From Minisyncoccota bacterium (GTDB lineage: Bacteria > Patescibacteriota > Minisyncoccia > Phycocordibacterales > UBA6065): 64,000 nucleotides of DNA. The DNA lies in the NCBI GenBank assembly GCA_041661645.1, contig JBAZUA010000001.1, positions 192,189-256,188 on the forward strand, given 5' to 3'. How positions within the stretch are numbered: the stretch's first letter is position 1; the number at the start of each line of letters is the position of its first letter. The notes below the pieces were generated by a model, which saw only the letters and a list, made by a program, of their open reading frames with translations, did no database searches and was not told the DNA's origin. The position numbers were made by a program, and so were the translations under genes. Positions 1 to 9,227 of the stretch are shown here, one piece after another.

Positions 1-201
1 ACCTGCGTACGTCTTCCATTCGACACCATTCTGAGACCCCTCATTTTGAGAGGCCTTACCTATGGACGACTGTTGGTTTTGCGCTACGGGTTCAGCAGAA
101 TACCTATCGCTATAAATGTAGATCCCCTCGCCCACGACCAAGATTGCCAGAATGCCTATTATCAGGAACGGGACAGTGAGACCCCTTGTGAATTGTTTCA
201 T
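1..201 (-). CDS. Membrane-anchored surface protein, pilin-like N-terminus (runs off the window edge)
   Basis: Manual translation MKQFTRGLTVPFLIIGILAILVVGEGIYIY...EWKTYAG: basic-G-hydrophobic N-terminus and a WKTY motif common in CPR surface proteins; not in the ORF track. Confidence 0.65.
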   Translation of the reverse strand, partial: MKQFTRGLTVPFLIIGILAILVVGEGIYIYSDRYSAEPVAQNQQSSIGKASQNEGSQNGVEWKTYAG

Positions 202-235
202 GTTTCTAAATTATATGACGGGACAATAACTCACC

Positions 236-727
236 CTAAAGAGTAATCCCGAGGAGTTTAAGGACAAAGGCCGCGAACGGATCGGCGGTAGGGCCATATA
301 CAATCACCCCGCCGAGAAGGCCCGTCAGAGATATCGAGACGAGGGCCACAAGTGCCATGACTTTCGGGAACCATCCCTCGGCGAGGATCTTTTTGAGAAG
401 GACGATGATTGCCTTGTGATATTTCACCGACAGATAGCTCGAGACCTCCCCCGCCAAGAGCGCGACATAGAGCCATGTGGATATTGCCGCGAATGTCGAA
501 TGCGCCTCCACGAGCTGACTATTAGCTCGCATGAGCTCTTCTGCTGTTTCACCCGTGGTCAGCGCGACAAAGGCCCCCAACACACCAAGGAAAAGCAGAA
601 TGCGCTCCGCCTGCTTCCATGCCACGCCCGGAAACCACTTTTGAAGCGGCAAGACCCTGATGATCGAGTATATGAAAAGCAGCGCTATTGGAAAATGAAC
701 GAAAATCGGATGAAGATTATATGTCAT
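236..727 (-). CDS. DUF2231-like membrane protein
   Basis: HPIFVHFPIAL motif, 4 TM segments, TGE..E..H; TATACT 6 nt before ATG. Confidence 0.75.
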   Translation of the reverse strand: MTYNLHPIFVHFPIALLFIYSIIRVLPLQKWFPGVAWKQAERILLFLGVLGAFVALTTGETAEELMRANSQLVEAHSTFAAISTWLYVALLAGEVSSYLSVKYHKAIIVLLKKILAEGWFPKVMALVALVSISLTGLLGGVIVYGPTADPFAAFVLKLLGITL

Positions 728-750
728 CCGATAAGTATAGCAGATGGGAG

Positions 751-1833
751 TTAGCCTTTGTTTCCCGCAGGTCTCACCATCTCGACATAGGGCAGTTTGT
801 CTTTAAAGAACCGCGTTGGTTTATCTGTCTTGACGAACCCGTACTTAGAATAGAAACCGAATGCCTCTTTGTTAAACGAGAAAACATCCAGGTAACTGGG
901 CTTGGTTTCGTCTGACCAGGTCAGGAACTCTTTCATGAGACTTCCTCCAATCCCCTTTCCTTTGGCCTCATCAAGAATGTAAATACCCTCAAGAATGTTG
1001 GACGTGCCACTTTTGGAGCAATGTAGAAAGCCCACGATCTTGCCGTCATCATTTTTCACGACTCGGTACAGGGTTTTGTCGGGATTTTCCAAAGCTTCGA
1101 TGATGGTATTTTTTCTATATTCGGTATCGGTGGCAAGATAGCCCACCATGTCATCAACCGCTTTTTCCGTTAGGCCAGATTCGGGACCGACATAAGATTC
1201 CTTCCACGACCGTACGTGCATGGGGCCTATAGCAAGCTCGTCGCCCACTCGGGGAAACTCTATTGTGAATGTCTGCATCTTAGATTTGGTCACTTCGAGC
1301 TTCATTTTCAAGACATCGACAATTTCTATAAATTCTGTTCGCTTCACATCCCATCCAAAGTGTCCCCTGTCAGTATATTCATGATACTCAGTCCCCAAAG
1401 ATCTGTGAACATGTCTGGGTTCATCTATTGGGATATAAGGATCGTCCGTCGACGCGAACTGGACTATCCATTTCTGATTATCGCGGATCTTGTCCCATTG
1501 CCAGGGCTTATCGTAATAATGACTCTGCTTCTCGGCATCATAGCCAAGATCGGTATAGCAGGCGCCGATTAGAATTGACCCCAAAATCTTATGGCTTTCC
1601 GCATAGCGCATGGCGGCAAGGGCCCCGGAAGAATGACCTATGAGAACAGTCTCCTCGTCAGCGCCAAGCGACTCAATAAAAGGCAGCTAGAACTCCATGC
1701 GTGCCAACGCAGGGTCTGGATATTGTCTATTGATTACCTTAATCCCAAGCTTGGATAATTCACGCTCAAGATATGGATAATAAATATCGTTTGGCGTCGC
1801 ACCTCCGTTACCTGGTATGAGTATGACTTTCAT
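751..1833 (-). pseudogene. RBBP9/YdeN alpha/beta hydrolase fused to GNAT acetyltransferase, in-frame TAG at 1687-1689
   Basis: ATG 1833 MKVILIPGNGG...ARMEF*LPFIES...IGHSSGA...STDDPYIP...RGHF, then GNAT (KGKGIG, FYSKYGF); in frame with ORF 751-1611. Confidence 0.8.
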
Positions 1834-1882
1834 TTTAAAAACCTTCTTGGTTACTGAATCTTAGTATTTCCACCCCAACACA

Positions 1883-2305
1883 TCAATAATCAAAAGGCGA
1901 GAATCCCGCGTCCACGAAGTTCTGGAGCATGTAGAAGAGCGGCTTGGGCAGTCTGTCCCATGCGCACCATCGCCACTCGTAACATTTATCCGGCTCGGCG
2001 ACCGTCGGGTGGCCCGAGTCGTAGTCTGCGACGACGAACAGGGTCACATAGTGCTTTTCGTAGGGCAGGTTTTTGTCATTCGTGATGGGGCCCATGCGAA
2101 GCCTTTTGATCGTGACCGATGCCTCCTCGAGGGTCTCGCGGTGGGCGCAGTCGAACACGTCTTCCCTGAACTCTAGATGCCCGCCGGGAAGGGACCACAT
2201 GCCGTCGCCATGCTCGCCCTTTCTCTTGCCGATCAGGATCTGCTTGTATTTGACGACGAAGACGGCGACTCCGACTCCGGGACGAAAGGATTTGGGTAAT
2301 TCCAT
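1883..2305 (-). CDS. NUDIX hydrolase (NUDT15/MutT-like)
   Basis: PGGHLEFRE...CAHRETLEE Nudix box, EPDKC motif; start set at MELPK with TATACT-N6-ATG. Confidence 0.9.
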   Translation of the reverse strand: MELPKSFRPGVGVAVFVVKYKQILIGKRKGEHGDGMWSLPGGHLEFREDVFDCAHRETLEEASVTIKRLRMGPITNDKNLPYEKHYVTLFVVADYDSGHPTVAEPDKCYEWRWCAWDRLPKPLFYMLQNFVDAGFSPFDY

Positions 2306-2377
2306 GGGGGAAGTATAACAAATCTCTCTGTCGGCAGCCTGGAATGATGCCGGAACCCGTTTAGAGGCCCACAAACG

Positions 2378-3022
2378 TCAATCTTGGACAATGAGGCCAA
2401 AAATCGAAGAGAGATAGAGTGCCTGTTCGATGCTGACGGTCAGGCCCTGGATCGAATCCTTGTGTAGGGAAATGTTCTCAATATTCGAACCCTTCAGGCT
2501 TACCCCTGTCAGCTTGGCCTGCGAGAACTGCGAATCTTTCAAATTGCAGTTCTGGAACAAGACATCTTTCAACTCCGCTCCTTGGAAGTCGGATTCTCCC
2601 AAGTCACAGTTTATAAATGCGACACTTTTCATTTTGGCGAACCTCAGAGACAGGCCGTTGCCCTTGGACTCCCTTATAACCACGTCCCTCATATTCGCCC
2701 GGGTAAGATAAAGGCCCTGCAAGCGGGTATTCTCAATTTCCACTCTTTCGAGAAAGATATTGTCGGCTTTCACGCCCGTGAAGTTGCTCTTCTTGATTAT
2801 CGAGTCGGTAATCCTCATCTCTGAAATCGTGGAAGACTGCAGCGAAAGCTTGTCTGCGGCGACTTCGTTGAAATCTAATTCATCAAGCTTCTTGCCTTCC
2901 AAGGACGCCTCACTGAGCGACGCGGATTCGACGCGGATTGCTAGTGATTCGCTATCGATAGTAGCCTCGGTATCTGTGACCGATTTATTCAATACCGGCT
3001 TGCGAATTTCCATATTGGTCAA
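2378..3022 (-). CDS. Pentapeptide repeat protein
   Basis: Repeated A/S-D/N-F/L-x-x units (CDLGESDFQGAELKDVLFQNCNLKDSQFSQAKL). Confidence 0.85.
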   Translation of the reverse strand: MTNMEIRKPVLNKSVTDTEATIDSESLAIRVESASLSEASLEGKKLDELDFNEVAADKLSLQSSTISEMRITDSIIKKSNFTGVKADNIFLERVEIENTRLQGLYLTRANMRDVVIRESKGNGLSLRFAKMKSVAFINCDLGESDFQGAELKDVLFQNCNLKDSQFSQAKLTGVSLKGSNIENISLHKDSIQGLTVSIEQALYLSSIFGLIVQD

Positions 3023-3640
3023 TTAATGATTGTATTGCTCAGATTTAAAGACATGGGCTTTGTCCGCGGAAGAATCTTCCGACATGATAAGCAGGTCGCT
3101 GTTTCCAAAATGGAATTGAGTAAGCACCCTCCCCCAGTCTAGATGATAGTATTCAGCGTAAATCATCTTCCCTATATCGCCGTGGGAGACCAGCAAGATA
3201 TTTCCGGATTTATGTTTCGAAAAGATTTTGTCTAACAACACTCGCCCTCGTTTCATGAGATCCGGAAAAGTCTCGGCCCCTTCAGGATCTAGGAAGTAGG
3301 TAATTATCTCGGCTTTGATGATATTTGGCGCGCACAACTTCTCAATATCAGATATATTTTTTCCTGTCATCACGCCAAAATCTCTTTCGATCAAAAGTGG
3401 TTCTACTGTCGGTGTGGGTGAGCTTGTTGATTCTGAGATGATTCTTGCGGTCTCAAAAGCCCTGATAAGGGGGGAACTATAAACTGTGTCGAACACTATT
3501 TCTGCAGCCTTTATTTTGTTTGCCACTTCCTGAGCCTGTTCAAGACCTTTTTGAGTCAGCGCCTCGTCGCGATGGCCGTTAAGGATTCCTTCTACATTAT
3601 CCTTATTTTGTCCGTGCCGTACAAGATAAATTTTGAGCAT
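3023..3640 (-). CDS. Histidine phosphatase (phosphoglycerate mutase family)
   Basis: LVRHGQ, SSPLIRA.ETA, ERDFG, VSHG motifs. Confidence 0.9.
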   Translation of the reverse strand: MLKIYLVRHGQNKDNVEGILNGHRDEALTQKGLEQAQEVANKIKAAEIVFDTVYSSPLIRAFETARIISESTSSPTPTVEPLLIERDFGVMTGKNISDIEKLCAPNIIKAEIITYFLDPEGAETFPDLMKRGRVLLDKIFSKHKSGNILLVSHGDIGKMIYAEYYHLDWGRVLTQFHFGNSDLLIMSEDSSADKAHVFKSEQYNH

Positions 3641-3845
3641 AATAGCAATTTAGGATATGGGTATATCATACCATTCCACCGAATGACTTGAGGCCACCTC
3701 AACTTGGTTGCCGTATAGTACGACGCCGGAACCTTCATTGGGCGGTCAGACAATCACGCAAATTGACATTTTCCTATATATAATGCAATGTATTAAGATT
3801 CGTCGACGTTCGACGGATTCAAACAACAAACAGAAAGGAATTGGT

Positions 3846-4292
3846 TTGAAAAGACTTTATCTACCGCAAGTTCTTTGGCACAAATGGTTCGTCTTGCTGG
3901 CCGGTCTTAGGGTCAAGGGAATCCCCTTTTGGAGACTCGTGGTTCACGACTGGACCAAGTTTCTCCCGGTCGAATACGGGGTATACCGTCGGAAGTGTAC
4001 CGGGGGCAGATATTTTAAAGATGAGTGGGAGAAAGCGAAGTGGCACCACTATCTCTCCAACCCCCACCACTATCAGTATTGGATCAAGGATGGGGTTCCG
4101 GATCCGATGCCGGACGTGTTCGTCAGGGAGATGGTGGCCGATTGGATGGCCGCCGGTCGGAGCTATGAAGGGAGCTGGGAAATTCAGGGCTGGCTGGCTG
4201 AAAATTACAAGAAATTCAACCTACACCCGTCGACGCTGGAAAGACTCAAGGTCATCCTGTCGTCTCAGGGACTCGCCTGGCCAGAAGGCTGA
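3846..4292 (+). CDS. DUF5662-like HD-type protein
   Basis: HDWTKF, HHYLSNPHHYQYW, EMVADWMAAG motifs; TTG start after a GAAAGGA RBS. Confidence 0.7.
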   Translation: MKRLYLPQVLWHKWFVLLAGLRVKGIPFWRLVVHDWTKFLPVEYGVYRRKCTGGRYFKDEWEKAKWHHYLSNPHHYQYWIKDGVPDPMPDVFVREMVADWMAAGRSYEGSWEIQGWLAENYKKFNLHPSTLERLKVILSSQGLAWPEG

Positions 4293-4457
4293 ATCCTCCG
4301 AATCATAAAAGAAACCTCAAGGCCTGTGACATAGCAATATGTTGCAGGCTTTTTTTGTTGGTTGGCCTCCTCAGGGTAGAACCGCGCTCGTCTAAACCGC
4401 TTTATGGTGGTTTAGACGTTCTTTATCGTATTAAAACAACCCATCTTGAGCGATGTG

Positions 4458-4994
4458 TTATCTATCCACAGGAAACTCATCCTTGATCTCTGTGGCTATC
4501 TTCATTTCTAAGGCCTCAGTAGCACTGAGTACTTTTCCTTCAACTAGAATATTTCTTGTATCACCTTCTGGCTTTTGAAGTTCCGAGGCTATTATTTCAA
4601 AATATCTTTTGTCTAGCTCTTGTAACAGAGAGGTTGTTTCTTTGTGAACAGAAATCACCTGGGCTTGCTGGGGTCCACTATATGTTGGTTCATGTAATCT
4701 CACTCTACAATCTTTTACTAATGTGCGTTTAGTTCCACTTAAGAAAAGCACAAGTGCCGCAGAATCCACTTGCCCGAACCCTACTGTATTAAGCCTGATT
4801 TTTGATGATTTGATGAAATCATAGAAGCGTATAGCAGAATCAATATCACCACCCGTCGACGATATATAAAGAGTTACTTGGACATTAGGATTTGCGTGAA
4901 ATTGTTTGAATATCTCTATAATGGCAGTTCCGATGGTGCTTTCATTCACAGCGCAAGGTAACATGTACCAATATTTCATGTCTTTTGGAGGCAT
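4458..4994 (-). CDS. Stand-alone ClpP-like protease
   Basis: LYISSTGG, VDSAA (Ser), LHEP (His), LSATEA; AT-rich. Confidence 0.8.
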   Translation of the reverse strand: MPPKDMKYWYMLPCAVNESTIGTAIIEIFKQFHANPNVQVTLYISSTGGDIDSAIRFYDFIKSSKIRLNTVGFGQVDSAALVLFLSGTKRTLVKDCRVRLHEPTYSGPQQAQVISVHKETTSLLQELDKRYFEIIASELQKPEGDTRNILVEGKVLSATEALEMKIATEIKDEFPVDR

Positions 4995-5201
4995 AGTTTT
5001 TTGTTGTAGATTAATAATTTAAGGAAGATAAACACACGCTTCTCATAAGCAGAATTATAACAAAAATTAATCAAAAGGTTGATTTTTGTCTGACCCATCA
5101 TTTTGAGAATTCTTGAGTGATATAAACTAAACTCAACTTGGTTGGCCGACCCGAGTTGGAACCATTAGCGGTCAAGACCTGCAATGTCGGTTTGTTACAT
5201 T

Positions 5202-5639
5202 TTATTGTACCAAATCGACGGGACTTGAGCGTTTGGCTCTTAAGTAGTTTTCCATCAGTTCAATGTCTTTATGATCCTTTGGACGATTGTATTCCGTCTT
5301 AAATTTAATCAAATCATCAAGACAAATAAAAGGTATACCGCTAAAGTATTCCGCCTTGCTCAACAATTCTTGGAGAGTTGGATTAAAATTTCTACAATTA
5401 ACATCTGTATATAGTTCGATGTCCCCTTGTTTGAGATATATTTCTCCAGGCTTGTCTGGATATGTGTAATGCATGGTTTTCCATCCTTTATTCTTGCACC
5501 CTTCGAATATTTCTGGGGAGACAACAATATCAATATCATGAATTTCTTTGAGTCCATGCATCGCCATGATTCCACTACCCACCACAACGTACTGGTCCTT
5601 GGTTAGTTTTAGATTTTTGACTTGATTAATTATATCCAT
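5202..5639 (-). CDS. Nucleotidyltransferase-fold protein
   Basis: VVVGSG...HG...DIDIVV and RPKD..D motifs; true start MDIIN (the ORF-track extension is the tRNA). Confidence 0.7.
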   Translation of the reverse strand: MDIINQVKNLKLTKDQYVVVGSGIMAMHGLKEIHDIDIVVSPEIFEGCKNKGWKTMHYTYPDKPGEIYLKQGDIELYTDVNCRNFNPTLQELLSKAEYFSGIPFICLDDLIKFKTEYNRPKDHKDIELMENYLRAKRSSPVDLVQ

Positions 5640-5671
5640 ATATTTTAACGCTTCTCGAGCGATGCTCTTGT

Positions 5672-5746
5672 TGGTTGCCAGGCAGGGATTCGAACCCCGA
5701 TTACACGCCTTCAAAGGGCGGCGTCCGACCATTAGACGACCCGGCA
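5672..5746 (-). tRNA. tRNA-Gln(TTG), CCA encoded
   Basis: Cloverleaf TGCCGGG/CCTGGCA, anticodon loop CTTTGAA, GGTTCGAATCC. Confidence 0.95.
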
Positions 5747-5769
5747 ATATAGACCGACACCCGCTAAAC

Positions 5770-6801
5770 CTACTTCCCCTCCCCCGCCACGTCAAGAACG
5801 ACGAGCTCGAGGGGAAGCTCCTTTATCGGCGACACGCCCACTTGGTCGAAAGCGCCGAGCAGGGCGCGAAGAAGCTTTGAGTCGACGACTGCATTCTTGT
5901 TTCCAACGACGGCTTTGGCAAAAGATCGATCCTCCTCGCTCGCCTGGCTGCGGGCATCGGACTCCACGTCCATCTTCTCGAGGAGGGCGAGACGGGCAAG
6001 AGACACGACGAGCTCAAGGAAGAGCTTGGGGTCGAATGACCTGCGCTTCACCTCGGCGAGGGCGGCGAAGGCCTTGGGAGCGTCGTGCGAGGCTAAGGCC
6101 AGCACGAAGGCGCGCACGAATTCTGATTTTGGCGCGCCGGTCGCCTCCTCGACATGGGCGCGGGTGATCTTCTTCCCCTCCAGGCCGGCAATGCCGCGTT
6201 CCAATGCGCCATGCGCGTCGCGGAATGATCCCTCGCTCACCAGGGCAAGAAGCTCAGCGGCGGCAGGCTCGATCGAGAAACCTTCCTTCTGTGCCACGTC
6301 CACTATCAAATCCTTCAAGGTATCAAGGGTCGGCCTGCGGAACTCGAACACCTGACAGCGAGAGACGATGGTGTCGGGCAGCTTGTGCGACTCGGTGGTG
6401 GCAAGTATGAAGACGACATGCTTCGGCGGCTCTTCCAAAGTCTTCAAAAGTGCGTTGAAAGCCTCTTTCGTGAGCATGTGAACCTCATCGATGATATAGA
6501 CCTTGTACTTGGACTCGAACGGCAAGGTGGAGACCGCATCGCGAAGGGCACGCACGTCGTCGATGCCGCGATTAGATGCCGCGTCTATCTCGTAGGTGTC
6601 ATTGGCACTCGTGCCGATGGCTCGGGCGAAAATTCGAGCGATGGATGTCTTGCCTATGCCACGGGATCCAGCGAACAGATATGCGTGGGCGATGTTGCCG
6701 CTTTCCGCCACGGCCGAGAGGGCCTTGACCACGCTGCCCTGGCCGATGATCTCGGCAAAGGTCTGGGGTCGATATTTCCGGTACAGCACCTGATGTGTCA
6801 T
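5770..6801 (-). CDS. dnaX: DNA polymerase III subunit gamma/tau
   Basis: LYRKYRPQTF, GSRGIGKTS, EIDAASNRGID, IDEVHML, NALLKTLEEPP. Confidence 0.97.
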   Translation of the reverse strand: MTHQVLYRKYRPQTFAEIIGQGSVVKALSAVAESGNIAHAYLFAGSRGIGKTSIARIFARAIGTSANDTYEIDAASNRGIDDVRALRDAVSTLPFESKYKVYIIDEVHMLTKEAFNALLKTLEEPPKHVVFILATTESHKLPDTIVSRCQVFEFRRPTLDTLKDLIVDVAQKEGFSIEPAAAELLALVSEGSFRDAHGALERGIAGLEGKKITRAHVEEATGAPKSEFVRAFVLALASHDAPKAFAALAEVKRRSFDPKLFLELVVSLARLALLEKMDVESDARSQASEEDRSFAKAVVGNKNAVVDSKLLRALLGAFDQVGVSPIKELPLELVVLDVAGEGK

Positions 6802-6827
6802 GGAATGAGTATACCAGAAGCCGTGAT

Positions 6828-6853
6828 AAACGCCTCAATCGATTGAGGCGTTT
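6828..6853. repeat. Palindromic repeat, CCTCAATCGATTGAGG family, copy 1
   Basis: Perfect palindrome AAACGCCTCAATCGATTGAGGCGTTT. Confidence 0.8.
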
Positions 6854-6951
6854 CGGGCAAGAAAAAAGGCGACATGCGGAATGCACGTCGCCCGGGCCTG
6901 ATTGAGTCGCCAGCAAGTTATCCACGAGGGTACCGACGACAGACCCCAAAG

Positions 6952-7347
6952 TCAGTGGACGCCCTGCGAGCGAGGTCTCTTCCTGAGGGCCTCCGAAAGC
7001 GTGAGGCCGGGACCGAATTTCCTGCGCCTGGCACGGGCCATGGCAATGGGATCACTCAGCCTGACCGCAACCTTCTTCTGCTTGACCCGATACTGGAGAA
7101 TGTCGCCCTCGCCAACCTTGCGATAGAGGGTGTAGCTCAGCTGCCTCGATATCCTGCTATTCAGGATGTAGTCGATGACCTCCTGGCTATCGACCCGAAA
7201 GACATTCCTCTGCGCTGGCTCACCCGACGAGGGAATGACCGTCTTGCCCTCGCAGGCCTCCACCTTGTCGCCAAGACTGACAAAGGCGTCGTTCGTGAAA
7301 GCGTCGCCCGGCTCGAAATACCACGTGGTATTTGCTTGTTTCGTCAT
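6952..7347 (-). CDS. Hypothetical protein
   Basis: MTKQANTTWYFEPGDAFTN..., GAGGAGG RBS upstream. Confidence 0.65.
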   Translation of the reverse strand: MTKQANTTWYFEPGDAFTNDAFVSLGDKVEACEGKTVIPSSGEPAQRNVFRVDSQEVIDYILNSRISRQLSYTLYRKVGEGDILQYRVKQKKVAVRLSDPIAMARARRRKFGPGLTLSEALRKRPRSQGVH

Positions 7348-7720
7348 ATGGTTGTTCCTCCTCTGTTGATGTGCTTGTTTCTTACCCATTACCCTACTCC
7401 TCTTTGGGGATTTGTAAACGGAGCGAGGTGCATAAAATGAAAACCCGCCATTTGAAGTGGCGGGTGGGCTTGAAGCCCTTTTGTTATTTTGGCGCCGTCG
7501 GATTAGAATCCGCGGTCGCCGGGGCCGGCGGTGTTGTTGGCGCGGATGGACATCCGGTCGTCGGTGATGACGCAATCCTTCTTGAGGAACGGAGGGCTGT
7601 GCGTTGCTTTCATAGGACGAGCAGGGACGGCTTCATGACCAAGACGTTAAGCGCCAGGGCGCATATCAATCAGCCGTTTTACTCTGCAAATACGATACCC
7701 AATATAATAAATATTGTCAA

Positions 7721-8734
7721 CTACCTCTCCCCTCCCAGAAAACCCTCGACCGTCTTCTCCAGATCTGCCGCGCTCTCGGCCTCCATGAGCTTCACGCGAA
7801 GCTCTTTCGCATGGTCGAAGCCATGCACGTACGCCTTGAAGTGCTTCTTCATGATGGCAAAGCTCTTTATGTCCCCAAGGAGCTTCTCGTAGAGCTTTGA
7901 ATGGTCGACGAGAACACGAAGCTTCTCCTCGAGCGTCGGAACGACGGGCTTGCCGTCCTTTGAATGAAGCTCCGAGAACAGCCACGGGTTGCCGAATATG
8001 GCGCGGCCGAGCATGACGCCATCGGCACCGGATGCCGCGGCCTTGGCCCGCGCGTCCTCCAGGTTCAAGGCATCGCCGTTGCCGATGATGAGGGTCGGGA
8101 CGCCCATCCTGTCGCGGATGCCAACGACCTCTTTGACATGCTCCCAGCGGGCGGGCACGAGGGACATCTCCTTGCGGGTGCGACAGTGCAGGGTGAGCAC
8201 GGCAACGCCCTCGGCCAGTATCTCGGGAATCCAGGTGGCTATCTCGTTCTTGTTGTATCCGATGCGGGTCTTGACCGAGACGGGGATTATCCTTCCTTTT
8301 GCGCCCATCTTTTCCGCGGCAAGTGCTACGCCCTCCTTTGCTGCGCGGATGACCTCCCTCGCGAGCCTCGGGTTCTTCATCATAGCCGCGCCCGCCCCCT
8401 GCTTCTCGATCGAGCGATCGGGACAGCCCATGTTGATGTCGATGCCGTCAAAACCAAGCTCGGCGGCGAGCCTCGAGGCCTCGCGCATCTTGTCGGGATG
8501 CGAGGAGAAGAGCTGTGCCACTATCGGTCGCTCCCCCTCGGTGTATTCGAGGTCGCGCTGAAGGACCTTTCGCCCCGGAGAGCAGAGGCCGTCGGCCGAG
8601 ACGAACTCGGTCCACAGCACGTGTGGCTTGCCGTGCTCGGTTATGACGCGTCGAAAGGCCGCGTCAGTGACGTCGGCCATGGGCGCGAGCACGAAGAACG
8701 GCCGCGGAAGCTTTTTCCAGAATCCCATTTCCAT
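7721..8734 (-). CDS. dus: tRNA-dihydrouridine synthase
   Basis: LAPMADVTD, DINMGCP, VSVKTRIG, GNGD, GVMLGRA. Confidence 0.95.
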   Translation of the reverse strand: MEMGFWKKLPRPFFVLAPMADVTDAAFRRVITEHGKPHVLWTEFVSADGLCSPGRKVLQRDLEYTEGERPIVAQLFSSHPDKMREASRLAAELGFDGIDINMGCPDRSIEKQGAGAAMMKNPRLAREVIRAAKEGVALAAEKMGAKGRIIPVSVKTRIGYNKNEIATWIPEILAEGVAVLTLHCRTRKEMSLVPARWEHVKEVVGIRDRMGVPTLIIGNGDALNLEDARAKAAASGADGVMLGRAIFGNPWLFSELHSKDGKPVVPTLEEKLRVLVDHSKLYEKLLGDIKSFAIMKKHFKAYVHGFDHAKELRVKLMEAESAADLEKTVEGFLGGER

Positions 8735-8834
8735 GGGAAGAACAGTATCACGGAGCCAGACGCCTATCCTATTGACTTTTTTAAATAAATATGTAGATTT
8801 TGGATTGAACCCACCTGCTCTTCGCTACATAATT

Positions 8835-9179
8835 ATGAAAAATGCATATATCGGAATAATCACACTCGTCTGCGCGGTAGTGCTTACACTGGCCGCTATC
8901 CAAGTGCAACACCGGAATCAGAAAAGGCTTGAATCGGGAGACTTCTGAAATCTCGTCTCGAACGCCGGTAACGGCGTGTCCTACTTCTCGGTCAACCCAT
9001 CGGACTCCACCGGCCCACAGTTCAAAAGACTCAGCTCGTTCCTGACAGCGATACGGTCTTTCTCTAGTGCGACCGGCGCCCAAATCCTGTCAGTCACGCC
9101 AGTTGGCGAATGCGTGATGATAAAAGGAGAACCCGCATACATCGGAGTCGTGGTCACCCACACTCCCCCGCTCATGTAA
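8835..9179 (+). pseudogene. Small membrane-anchored protein with in-frame TGA at 8946-8948
   Basis: MKNAYIGIITLVCAVVLTLAA...SGDF*NLVSNAGNGVSYF...; ORFs 8628-8948 and 8976-9179 share a frame. Confidence 0.55.
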
Positions 9180-9227
9180 CATTCCCGCCCTGAAACCAAA
9201 GACGCGCCCCATCCGGTGCGTCTTTTT

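Larger units (their letters stand above)
2329..5163 (-). repeat. Four degenerate tRNA-3'-end (att-like) repeats at 2329-2357, 3705-3733, 4359-4383, 5139-5163
   Basis: + strand TG(GTTG)...GAACC matching tRNA-Gln 5672-5696; each lies between annotated genes. Confidence 0.6.

Noticed and set aside
1687-8948. Stop-codon reassignment (code 25 or amber recoding) suggested by two in-frame stops
   Set aside because: All long conserved genes are uninterrupted, and TGA and TAG end many genes; no suppressor tRNA was seen
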